Source of the DNA: Chiloscyllium plagiosum
Taxonomy: Eukaryota
Assembly: GCF_004010195.1 (NCBI RefSeq)
Contig: NC_057718.1
Coordinates: 5,995,110-6,059,109 of the forward strand
Length of the DNA: 64,000 nucleotides
Reading direction: 5' to 3'
In this document: in pieces, positions 13,572-24,508 of the stretch
Position numbering within the stretch: position 1 is the stretch's first letter
Layout of the letters: each line of letters begins with the position of its first letter
The notes under the pieces: generated by a model
The model's database searches: none
What the model was told of the DNA's origin: nothing
What the model saw: the letters and a program-made list of their open reading frames with translations, nothing else
Position numbers and translations under genes: made by a program

Positions 13572-13782
13572 GTAACAACAATGACTGCAGATGCTGGAAA
13601 CCAGAGTTTAGATTAGAGTGGTGTTGGAAAAGCACAGCAGTCCAGGCAGCATCCGAGGAGCAGTAAAATCGACGTTTCGGGCAAAAGCCCTTCATCAGGC
13701 TTTTGCCCAAAACGTCGATTTTACTGGTCCTCAGATGCTGCCTGAACTACTGTGCTTTTCCAGCACCACTCTAATCTAAAAC
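13572..13782. mobile_element. Fold-back element with a minus-strand hammerhead core
   Basis: 14-bp TSD CTGTTGTGGCACAG (13558-13571 and 13783-13796). Core CUGAUGA-A-GGGC(uuuu)GCCC-GAAA-CG-UC. Confidence 0.85.
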
Positions 13783-14053
13783 CTGTTGTGGCACAGTCTC
13801 ACACAGGGCACCTCACACCTTCGATACACTATTTGGGCCGACATGATACCTATTGTTAAAGTTCACTTGAGAATATAACTTCTAAAAAAAGGTTTTATGA
13901 TTTACATATGAAAGAACTGAAACTAACATGTTCATTCTAAAAGATGAGAGACTTAACAAACAGTCCAGATCTTTTTCAATATATAATTTCAGTTACATCA
14001 CACTGTAAACCTTTGCTGTAAATTCTGTGTCTTACGATCTTATACTCCACAAC

Positions 14054-14088
14054 CACCTGATGAAGGAGCAGTGCTCTGAAAGCTAGTG
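14054..14088 (+). ncRNA. Minimal type I hammerhead ribozyme motif in a Penelope pseudo-LTR
   Basis: CAC-CUGAUGA-A-GGAGC(agu)GCUCU-GAAA-GC-UA-GUG. Stem I is CAC/GUG and stem III is the palindrome AGCU. Confidence 0.7.
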
Positions 14089-14139
14089 CTTCCAAATAAA
14101 CCTGTTGGACTATAACCAGACGTTGTGTGATATTTTACC

Positions 14140-15095
14140 GTTTACAGATAGATATTGATGGGTTAATCAAATGGGCAAAATTTGGCAAATGGAGTACAGT
14201 ATTGGAAAATACAAAGTTGTACATTTCAGAAGGGACAAAAGACCAGACTATTATTTAACTGGAGCCAAATTGACAAAATCTACAACATGACGGGTCTTGG
14301 GGGAACTTGTACATAAAACACAGAAAGCTAGCACGCAAGGACAGCAAGTAATCAGGAAGGGGAATGGAATGTTGGCCCTTATTTCAAGAGGATTGGAGTA
14401 TAAGAGTAGGGAAGTCTTACTGCAACTATACAAGGGACTGGGGAGACCACATCTGGAGTACTGTGAGCAGTTTTGGTCTCCGTATTTAAAGAAAGTATTC
14501 ATTTTTTGGAGACTGGTCAGAGAAGGTTCACTGGGATGATCCTTGGTATAGAGGATTTGTCTTATGAGCAAAAGCTAAATGGATTGGGACGCCACTCACT
14601 GGAGTTTAGAAGAATGAGAGGTGATCTCATTGGAACTTAAAGGGCTTGACAGGGTCAATGCTGAATATTTCCTCTCATGGGAGAGTCTAGGACCAGAGGC
14701 CACAAGATATAGGGGCACCAATTTAAGGTTGAGATGAGAAGGAATTTCTTCTCTCAGAGGGTTGTGAGTCTTTGGAACTCTTTGCTAGAGAGAGCTGTGG
14801 GGACAAAATTCTTGTATATATTTAAGATGAGATAGATAGGTTTTTGGTGAACTAAGGAATCAAGGGTTACGGTGGAAGGGCAAAAAATTGGAATGCCAGA
14901 TCAGCCATGATCCTATTGCATAGAGACATCCCTAAAGAAGGGTTACACCTGAAACGTTGACCTCTCCACCTCCTGATACTGCCTAGCTTGCTGTGTTCTT
15001 CCAGCCTCCTGCTGGTCTATATTATGATCCTATTTAATGACAGAGTAGGCTCGAGGGACCGAACAGCCTACTCCCGTTCCTGTTTCTTATGGTCT
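14140..15095 (+). mobile_element. CR1 RT C-terminus and 3'UTR, right part of the host
   Basis: DIDGL..W..WQME and RPHLEYCEQFWSP motifs, plus a 3' tail. Confidence 0.85.
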
Positions 15096-15493
15096 TATAA
15101 TGCAGTGCAATGTAAGTGGAGGATGCAGAAGAGACCGGAATTGGAGGAACACGGAATTTACAAAGCAAATTATACTTGACCTAGTTGTGTTTTCCTCTGC
15201 AGCCACCCCAAACTCTGCTTGGCGTGGAAAAAACACGATGAAGCAATGGTTAGCCATTGTTAATCCAACCTTTGAAATTGGATGCTGCCTGAACTGCTGT
15301 GCTCTTCCAGCACCACTAATCCAGAATCTGGTTTCCAGCATCTGCAGTCATTGTTTTTACCTCAATATGTGGGCAGGCAGGATGGGGCTAAATATTCCAT
15401 CAGCTCTATCCTACACATCAAAGAAGCATTTGTTAGTGAGATTCCAGGATTTTCATTCTTCAGATCCTCACAAGGCCCGAATGAAATTCTGGT

Positions 15494-15632
15494 AGAAAGT
15501 GAGGACTGCAGATACTGGAAATCAAAATTGGGATTTTCCAGATTGAAAGTCTTTTGCCCGAAATGTCAATTCTCCTGCTCCTCGGATGCTGCCTGACCTC
15601 ATGTGCTTTTCCAGCACCACAATCCCAAATCT
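15494..15632. mobile_element. Internally deleted fold-back element
   Basis: TSD GAATG(A/G)AATTCTGG at 15480-15493 and 15633-15646. Confidence 0.7.
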
Positions 15633-15740
15633 GAATGGAATTCTGGAGAGTTGAGATGAATACACCTATGGAAACGCAAATATTTAATGATGGAGAAGGA
15701 ATGTATCCCAGTATAGATGTTAATTTGCACATGAATTTCT

Positions 15741-16059
15741 TAGATTAGATTAGATTCCCTACAGTGTGGAAAAAGGCCCTTCAGCCCAACAAGTCCACAT
15801 CGATCCTCTGAAGAGTAACCCACCCAGTCCCATTTCCTTTTGACTAATGCACCTAACACTATGGACAATTTAGCGTGGCCAATCCACCTGACCTGCACAT
15901 ATTTGGACTGTGGGAGGAAACCGAGCACCCGGAGGAAACCCATGCAGACATAGGGAGAATGTGCAAACTCCACACAGACAGTCGCCCGAAGCTGGAATCG
16001 AACCTGGGACCCTGGTGCTGTGAGGCAGCAGTGCTAACAACTGAGCCACTGTGCCGCCC
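15741..16059 (-). mobile_element. HE1-type V-SINE
   Basis: Full head, V-domain and (AATCT)n tail. Confidence 0.9.
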
Positions 16060-16360
16060 AAATGGAAACAACAAACATGGAGAATACTGGAGAAACTCAG
16101 CAGGTCTGGCAGCATCGTTGGTAAGAAATGAGAGGTGATGTTTTGAGTCTGGTTAGATTCTTTTTCAGAGCTGAAAGGGGTTGGAAATTTCTTTTTATAC
16201 AAACTTTTAATAGACATGGAGGCCCAGTGTAAAGGACAAAAGGCCTGATAATGATGAATACAAAAAAGAATTGATGGAAATCAGGCGTAAATTAAGTTGT
16301 GAAAGTAAGAGAATTGATCCTCTCCACTAAATGCAAGGTAAACAAGTCACAAACAAGACA

Positions 16361-16556
16361 AGAGAAGGTGAGGACTGTAAGGACGAGAGTGTAGTGCTGG
16401 AAAAGCACAGCAAGTCAGGCAGCATCTGAGGAGCAGGAGAATCAATATTTCAGGCATAAGCCCTTCATCAGGAAGGGCGTGTGCCCAAAACATCAATTCC
16501 CCTGCTCCTCGGATGCTGACTGACCTGCTGTGCTTTTCCAGCTCCATACTTTTTTA
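16361..16556. mobile_element. Fold-back element
   Basis: 13-bp TSD CACAAACAAGACA (16348-16360 and 16557-16569) and inverted arms. Confidence 0.8.
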
Positions 16557-17142
16557 CACAAACAAGACAGGGCTGTGTGGGGGTGGTGGTGGTTGGCAGA
16601 GGGTAAGGGGAGAATGAAAGAAAGATGTAGTCCAGGTATAATGTGGTCAGTTTCTGAAGGTTTTTCAAAGGATATCCTTTTGTACTATGAGGAGCTAAAG
16701 ATGTGAGACAGAGCACATCAGATAACATTGAGGATGAAGTTTCTCCTGTTGTGGCTACATGTGACTTGCAGTTCCTTCAGTGAGTTCTGTACAAGCCCAG
16801 AAGGAACCGGGAGTTGTACTGGACTGATAGAAGCAGAAATCTACCTGCAATTACCTACAGACTGCTAGATTCTGCTTGCCCAGTATATTCTCTCCTGGTT
16901 CTGGGCAGTAAGTCCCAGTAGAATTCTGGTTCACCACCACTAGATTGTTGCAGCTGTTTCTGCCCAGAGTCCAGTGACATGAATTGTCCAGTGACCATTG
17001 AAGTGACCATAATTTAAACAAATAAATGAAAATAAATTTGAATGTGTTTAATATCTACATGATATCCTAAAGCACTTAATGGAATCATACAGGACAAATC
17101 ATATTGTCTAAAAGAGGGCTTTCAGCCCACAGAGCCTGTAAT

Positions 17143-17454
17143 TTAGATTCCCTACAGCGTGGAAACAGGCCCTTCGGCCCAACCAGTCCACACCGACCCT
17201 CCGAAGAGTAACCCACCCAGACCCATTTCCCTTTTGACTAATATACCTAACACTACTGACAATTTAGCATGACCAATTCACCTGACCTGCACACGTTTGG
17301 ACTGTGGGAGGAAACCGGAGCACCCAGAGGAAACCCACGCAGACACGGGGAGAAGGTGCAAACTCCACACAGACAGTCACTTGAGGTTGGAATCGAACCT
17401 AGAACCTGCTGTTGTGAGGCAACAGTGCTAACCACTGAGCCACTGTGCCGCCCC
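17143..17454 (-). mobile_element. HE1-type V-SINE
   Basis: Same head, V-domain and tail as the other copies. Confidence 0.9.
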
Positions 17455-18289
17455 CATGTCACATAACTTGCCAATAACTTGAGCCCATGGGGAATGGATG
17501 ACAGTATATTTGGGGCATAAGAAACTTTTAGGAGAAGCGATGATTGAGAGATGTGAGGAGTTCTGAAGTCCTGGAAAGGAATGAGTTAATTTAACAAGTG
17601 AAAATGCAGAGAAGTAAAGGAATGTGTTGGATGATGCACTTGGTCCATTTGTAATTATTCTGTTTTCTTTAAACAAGAGGGCTCTAATTACAATTACAGA
17701 CATGCTGGCCTGAAGAATTTCCTGTTTCCAACAGCATAAAGCAACTGAGCTTCATTCTGCGTGTGTGTTCGGTTTGCTGTTACTGTTCAGCTGAGTAACT
17801 GAGTTATTCATCACTGGAGATTATCACATTTTTTGAACAAGAAATTTGGTAAAAGAGAAATCACATGTAGACAAGGATTTCCTTTCATGTAGATTCTTAA
17901 AAATAGTTCCTCAAACATTTTCTTTGACTGGAGTCATGGTAGTGAAATTGTTTCTTTTAAATGAGTCTCAGTGGTTTAACTATCACCAAAAAGAATCCTG
18001 GTGGTGAGGTCATTCTTTAAAAGCGAAGGGGGAAGGCTGGAAAGTTGAGTTGAGCTCAAGATCAGACCAGCTTTGACCTTACTGAAAAATGGGCCTGGCC
18101 CAAAGTCCCAGGTGGCTTATTTCTGCTTCCATCTCTTGTTCCAGGGTTCTTATTTAGATTTGAGTTCCAAGCATAGGAGTTTCTCTTTCTGAATACTGAG
18201 AAAGTCATTTAAATTGGAGCCAGAATTATTCCCTCTTTAACAGTGATCATCGTATCATAAGATTCACAATGATGGGTAGAGAATGAGAT

Positions 18290-20300
18290 GTAACAATCCA
18301 GAAATGTTTGCAGAAAAAAAGATCAGAAGCTGAGCAGGATTGACTGGAATGAGAGGAAAATCAGTGGGCTACCTTCAAAGAAGAAATAGTTCGGGTATAA
18401 TCGAGATATAGGCCCTCAAATGGGAAAGGTAGGACAAACCAATCCAGAGCTCCCTGAATGATGAAGGAGGTAGTAATTAAGATAAAACGATAAGGAAGAA
18501 AAAGTGTACGGTAGAATATCAAAATGAGAACCAATAGGAATATCCAAGGTTTGTGGGGATGTGAAAAATCAGAGGAGCAAAGAGAAATTATGAGAGAAGA
18601 CTGGCAGCCAGTATAAGGAGGTGTTTAAAGCCTTCTAAAGCAATTTAATAAAAAGAGAATGGTAGGTCAAGGTGTAGTGCAGATTAGGGGCTACAAAGGA
18701 GATTTACACCTAGAAACGGGGTGCATAGCTGAAGTGTTCAAAGAATACTTTCCACCTGTCTTTCCCAAAGAGTGAGATGAAACCGTGCCCATGGTGGCAC
18801 AGGAGAGAACTCAGCCATTAGAAAGGTTCAAAATTGACAGGCAGCATTTCAAAAAACTATCTGTACTGAAAGTTGACAAAGTTGCTGGGGGTCAGATGAG
18901 ATGCATCCAAACATTTTGAAGGAAATGGGGGTGGAAATTGCAGGGACATTGACCATGACCTTCAGTCCTCCCTGCACTCGGGCCAAGTGGCAGAAGACTG
19001 GAGATTTGCAAACATTGTGCCTTTGTTCAAGAAAGGTTGTAAGGATAAGCCAGTATTACAGACTAGTCAGTTTAACTTCAGTGGTGGGGAAGCTTCTGAA
19101 GATAATTATCCAGGATAGAATTGTAGTTATGTGGGACCAAGTGGGTAGATTAGGATGGGTCAGCGTGGATTTCTAAAGGAAGCCTTGCTTATCTAACTTG
19201 CTGAAGTTTTTTTGAAGAGGTAACAGGTCACACTGAGGGTAATGATGTGGCGTACATGAACTTTCAGAAGGCATTTGATATACTGCCAAACAACAGTAAT
19301 GTGAGTAAAAAACTCTGTGATGGGAAGGATGATCGGAAGCAGACAGTAATGGTCAGCAATGGCCTTTTGAGCTGGAGGAGGGCTTGTACTGGAGTTCTCC
19401 AGGGGTCAGTGTTGGGACTATTGCTTTTCCTGATATACATTAATGATTTAGATGCTCATGCAGAGGGGGCAGTTTCAAGGCTTACAGATGACTCAAATTG
19501 AGGATGACATTGTAGAACTCAAGAAGATCATTGACAAGCTGTTGGAGTAGACAGATAGGTGGCAGGTGATGTTCAATGCAAAGACGGGCAAGGTGATGCA
19601 CTTTGGTCAGAAGAACATTGAAAGACAATATAAAAGAGGGGTACAATTCTCAGTGGAGGTTGCAGGAACAGCAGGATCTGTGTGAACATACATTGAAAGA
19701 GGCAGAGTAGGTAGAGACGATATCAGGTACAGCATACAGCCGTCTCAGCTTTATGTTCAGGGGAAGATTCTTGTTCGACCCCAGCTAGAGTATTGTGTAA
19801 TGTTCCGGACGCCATATGATAGGAAGGAAATATAGAGAGAGTGCAGAGGTGGTTTACAAGAGTGGAGTGAGGGTTGGGGAATTTTAGTTGTAAGGATAGA
19901 GTGAAGAAGTTGAGACTATTCTTCTTGGAGAGAAGAAAGCTAAGAGTAAGGCTTTGATAAAGGCTTTCAAAATCATGAGCAAGCTGGATAGAGTTGACAG
20001 AGAGACACTGTTTCTGCTCGTAAAGGAAAAAGATTGAGAAAACATAGATTTAATGGATCGGCAAAAAGAAGTAAGAGTGAAATGAGGTAAAGTAGTTGGT
20101 GTATAGGAATGTATTGCTTGGAAATGTGATGGAGGCACATTCAATTGAGGTATTCAAGAGGGAAATGGATGATTATTTAGGTAGAAAGGGATGGGGAAAA
20201 GGTAGCAGATTTGCATGAGGTAATGATGCTCATTTAATGAGCCAGTACAGGTTCACTGGTCCAAATGGCCTCCTTTTGCACGGTAACAGTGACACTGTGA
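18290..20300 (+). mobile_element. Long degenerate CR1 ORF2 and 3'UTR
   Basis: YRLVSLTSVVGK, FQKAFD and QGSVLGLLLFLIYINDLD motifs. Confidence 0.88.
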
Positions 20301-20354
20301 TTCTGAACGGAGCAAACTTTTAAACATTTATCATGTTCTGGAATGCCACGGTAC

Positions 20355-21955
20355 ATGAACTTATGAATTAGGAGCAGAATCAGGCTGCTCAGTCCTTCAA
20401 GTCTGGTCTGCCACTCAATGAGATCATGGATGATCTGATTGTATTCTGAATTCCACATCCCTTGTTATCCCTGATAGCTTCTGGATACCTTGCACAACAC
20501 GAAAATATCTACCTCTGCCTTAAAAACTTACAATGAACCCACCTCGACAGCCTTCCTCAGCTGAGTTACAAAGTCACACCCAGTCTGAGAGAAATTGTTT
20601 CCTCTGATCTCTGTTCTAAAAGGGTGACCCCTAATTTGAAAATAATACCCACCTCGTTCTCCACTCACCCACGAGAGGAAACAGTCTTTCCACACCCACC
20701 TTGTCAAGACCATTCCGGATCTTATACACTTCAATCAAATCATCCCTGACACTTCTCAACTCCAATGGAGACAAGCCCAGCCTATCCAACCTTTCCTCAT
20801 GATCCACATGTCGAAACTAGGAGAAGGAGTAGACCATTCAGCACCTCGAGTCTGCTCTGTCGTTTATTACCATCATGGCTGATCTCATCTCAGCCTCAAC
20901 TCCACTTTCCTGCCACTCTCTCTCACCCTTCAACCCATTCCCAATTTAAAACCTTCTTGTTAAATTTACTCAATGTCCCAGCACCCTCCACACTCGAGAA
21001 GGAGGGGCTTGATTAGTTCAGTTGGCTAGATGATTGGTGAGTGAAACCAACAGCATGGGTTCAATTCCTACACCAGCTGAGGTTACCAAGATGGACTCTC
21101 GTTCTCAACCTCTCACCTTGCCTGAGGTGCGGTGATCCTCAGGTTAAAAGACCAGCAGTCATCTCTCTCTCTCTAATGAGAGAGCAGGCTTATGGTCTGG
21201 TAAGTCTACGATGACTGTTCCTTTACTGCACTCTGCGATTTGGAATTCCACAGATTCACAGCCCTTTGTGAGAAGCATCAATCCAGCAAGCCTCACCTGA
21301 ACCAGTTCCAAAGCATTAGCTTCTCACTTAAATAAGGAGACCAAAACTGCACACTGTATTTGGGAGGTGGGCTTATTAACGCTCTGTCACAGTGAAATGT
21401 TATTTCCTTACTGTTATGTTAAATCCCTCTCTTAATAAACAATAGCATTCCATTTGGTCTCCTTAATCGTTTGTGGTATCTGCAAACTAGCTTCCTGTGA
21501 CTCATGCAGTAGTTTGATGTTCTGATATAACTGGATATCTTTTCCTGACTCCCTTGTGAGTTAAACTCCCAAAATCTTAAAGCACTGGAGACTGTTTCAT
21601 GGACTCAGCTCCACTTATCCACCCGCTCACCAAAACCCTTAATTCCTTTACTGTTCAAATAGTTATCTGTCATTGCCTGAAAAAAATTCAACACAGTAAC
21701 CTCAACAACTTCACTGGGCAGGGAATTCCACAGATTCACAACCCTCTGGGTGAAGACATTCCTCCTCTGCTCAGTCCTAAATCCTACTCCCTGTTATTTT
21801 GAGGCCATGCCTCCTAGTTCTAGTTTCACCCGCCAGTGGAAACAACCTCCCTGATTCTATCTTATCTATTCCCGTCATAATTTTGTATGCTTCTATAAGA
21901 CTCCCCCCTCATTCTTCTGAATTCCAAAATGCATAATCCCAGTGTACTCAACCTC
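20355..21955 (-). mobile_element. Stack of CR1 3' fragments in minus orientation
   Basis: Several reversed CR1 3' ends (e.g. GHPFRTEIRGNNFSQ). Confidence 0.75.
21000..21226 (+). mobile_element. tRNA-derived SINE (second copy 28710-28915, fragment 61050-61135)
   Basis: A/B-box head and shared 'cctgagg..cctcaggttaaa' body. Confidence 0.7.
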
Positions 21956-21959
21956 GAAG

Positions 21960-22180
21960 TAAAAAAACGAAAAAAATTGGGAATGCTGTAAGTCAGAAAA
22001 TCAAAAACAGAAATTGCTGGAAAAGCTCAGCAGGTCTGGCAGCACCTGTGGAGAGAAATCAGAGTTAAAGCTTCAGGTTAAGTTCTGAGGAAGGGTCACT
22101 CAACCTGAAAGGTAAACTCTGATTTCTCTCCACCAGTGCAGCCAGTCCTGATGAGCTTTTCCAGCTATTTCTGTATTTGA
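21960..22180. mobile_element. Fold-back element
   Basis: Inverted arms gctggaaaagctcagcagg..gagagaaatcagagtt and a degenerate CUGAGGA..GAAA core. Confidence 0.75.
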
Positions 22181-22261
22181 ACTCAATTTCATTCCAGCGT
22201 TAGCTCTTAGTATAAGCTACTCAATTAGTTCCACTGCCCAGCTCTTTCTCTGTTCCATTCT

Positions 22262-22445
22262 GTTCATGGGATGCCCTGCCAGTAGCAGTGGTGGACTCTC
22301 CCTCTTTATGGGCATTTAAATGGGCATTGGATAGGCATATGGAGGATAGTGGGCTAGTGTAGGTTAGGTGGGCTTGGATCGGCGCAACATCGAGGGCCAA
22401 AGGGCCTGTACTGCGCTGTATGTTTCTATGTTCTATGTTCTATGT
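22262..22445 (+). mobile_element. Young 5'-truncated CR1 with (TTCTATG)3 tail
   Basis: Same tail and 3'UTR type as the 40621-44867 element. Confidence 0.85.
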
Positions 22446-22461
22446 ATCATAACAACCTCCA

Positions 22462-22786
22462 GCACGGTGGACGAGTCGTTAGCACTGCTGCCTCACAGGG
22501 CAGGGACCCAGGTTCAATTCCAGCCACAGGTGACTGTCTGTATGGAGTTTACACATTCTCCCCGTGTCTGCATGGGTTTCCTCCCACAGTCCAAAGATGT
22601 GCAGATTAGGTTGAAATGTCCAAGGGAAATTGCCCATAGTGTTCTGGGATGTAGCTTAGGAGCATTATTCAGGGGAAATGTAAAGTAATAGAGGTAGGGG
22701 AATGGGTCTGGGTGGATACTCTTCAGAGGGTCAATGTGGACAGGTTTGGCCAATTGGCCTGTGTCTGCACTGCAGAGATTTTATGA
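22462..22786 (+). mobile_element. HE1-type V-SINE
   Basis: Same head and V-domain as the other copies. Confidence 0.85.
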
Positions 22787-23017
22787 TTTGTGAGGATCAA
22801 ATGTTGCCTGTGGTTCTTCTACCACTCTTATCAGTGAAAATATTTTCTCCTTATTTAGTCACTGTAATGTTGAACACCTCCATCATATCATTCACTTACT
22901 CTTTTTTTCTCTAGGCTGTATACATAGCCGAAACACGTCATTCCTGGTATCACTCTAAGTAAAATAAAAATGTCATTGGCTAAATGAAGACAGAGAGTTT
23001 GGTTTAATTTCAGTAGT

Positions 23018-23023
23018 TTTATT
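23018..23023 (-). promoter_or_regulatory. Polyadenylation signal AATAAA
   Basis: tttatt on the + strand. An ATTAAA lies at 23003-23008, with U-rich sequence downstream on the minus strand. TE-dense DNA resumes just beyond. Confidence 0.7.
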
Positions 23024-24368
23024 GAAAAATGCCTCTTTCATTTCAGAAATAAATAGGAAATTTAGGCTGTGAAATTCACAATCTGCAGTTACAAATATGA
23101 AGCAGCAATTCTATATCCATAGTCTTGCAAACAGATTCCAACTGCATTCGAGTTTCTGAAAACACTATATTCTGGTAAAGGTTCCATACTAAATATACAT
23201 CACAGACATGCATTTCCACCACCCTTTGTAACAGATCTGCTGAGAACCAGCACATTTATATTTAAAGTTTTAATGTAAAAAAAAAGTTATAAGCAGTGTT
23301 AAGTACTGTATTGGTAGGTACAATGATTTTAAGCAGTATTTGTTTTAAGAGTGTGTTGCACCTAATTCTTGATTTAACCAGCTGATACACTTGTAAGATA
23401 AAGTAACATATTCCTAATAGGATTATAACTGAAAATACAGATAAACTATATAATTGGAATGTAGTAGACAAGCTTGTCGTATTTAAATAGCATTTGAAAT
23501 GCTAACTTGGGATAAAGTTGCAGAGTAACCATTGTGAAGGGTGAGTATTGAGTGCCATTGGAAGGAAGGGTAGGAGACTGTCTATGGTGTGGATCAATGT
23601 GGGCATTTTTTTTGTTTTTCTATTTTGAAAAAAAATATTGATTATAGGATTTTTTTGGGTTTTTTTTTAGCGCAGTGTAAATAAAGTGAACAGAGGCACA
23701 GTTAAAACCAATCTCTGCAGGTTGAGACCAACAGAACAGGTGAGTTACTACATAGAAGCATATACACAACAGTGGAAAGTGACAGATTGAGATTACACAG
23801 GCGTTAGGTTCATTTTGCATCAGTCACATGTGCAAGAGTCCTGGCTTTCAAACATTCGTAGGGAAGGGGGCAGGGTAAAAAAATTAGCTTGATTGTCAAT
23901 GTTAAGAAAAGTTATTGCTGCTTAGTATTTCTTGCAAAGATGTAAATGCAGTTTGTACAGGGCACAGGGCTGGGATGGGACAGTTGTCTCCCTGTATGAT
24001 ATCCCAACTCTTTGCAATTGGAAGTTTCTGACTTTTGCTATTCCCCAGTGCACCATTACAGTTACAAGAGGTATAGATAAGGAAGAGCTCTCATTATTTG
24101 TTCAGTAACATTAAAAGAAATGTGAGTTGAAAAGGAGCATCCTTGTGCTGTGGTTGGAATGAGAATAAAGTTATCTTTTACTGGTCATAGCCAACACCAA
24201 AATTAAGTGGTTACAAGTCAAACTAACACAGGTTTGCTCAAATTTAAAAGCACAGAGATGATCTGCAGATGTGAATGTCGCAACAAAAGAAAGATTGAAA
24301 GTTTAGTTCATATAAAACCACTCCATGCCCTCCCCTGTTTTTGGTATTGGATAAATGATGGTCGTTCC

Positions 24369-24508
24369 TCATGAATAGGCTCGGCTAAATCCAGGCGACT
24401 GAATTTCAGTTTCAATTTGGTCTTCTTCCTCTTCCCTTTCTATGGGTACAACATGGGTTTCTGGTCGATAAGGTTGCGGCTCGTATGGTCCTGGTTGGAA
24501 ATATGGGT
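24369..24508 (-). CDS. COL12A1: Alternative terminal exon, long acidic NC1 (DPYFQPGPYEPQPYRPETHVVPIEREEEEDQIETEIQSPGFSRAYS*)
   Basis: Acceptor ttgttatattag|, phase 1, open to TGA. The Pro/Tyr-rich then acidic 'VVPxE' pattern matches the long NC1 splice form. Confidence 0.88.

Larger units (their letters stand above)
11234..14139 (+). mobile_element. Penelope-like element with inverted pseudo-LTRs and nested cargo
   Basis: Inverted repeats at 11270-11480 and 13920-14135. TSD GTTTACAGATA. C-terminal GIY-YIG-like peptide at 13213-13376. Confidence 0.8.

Noticed and set aside
15741..16059. tRNA gene
   Set aside because: The tRNA-like part is a SINE head fused to a V-domain and tail.
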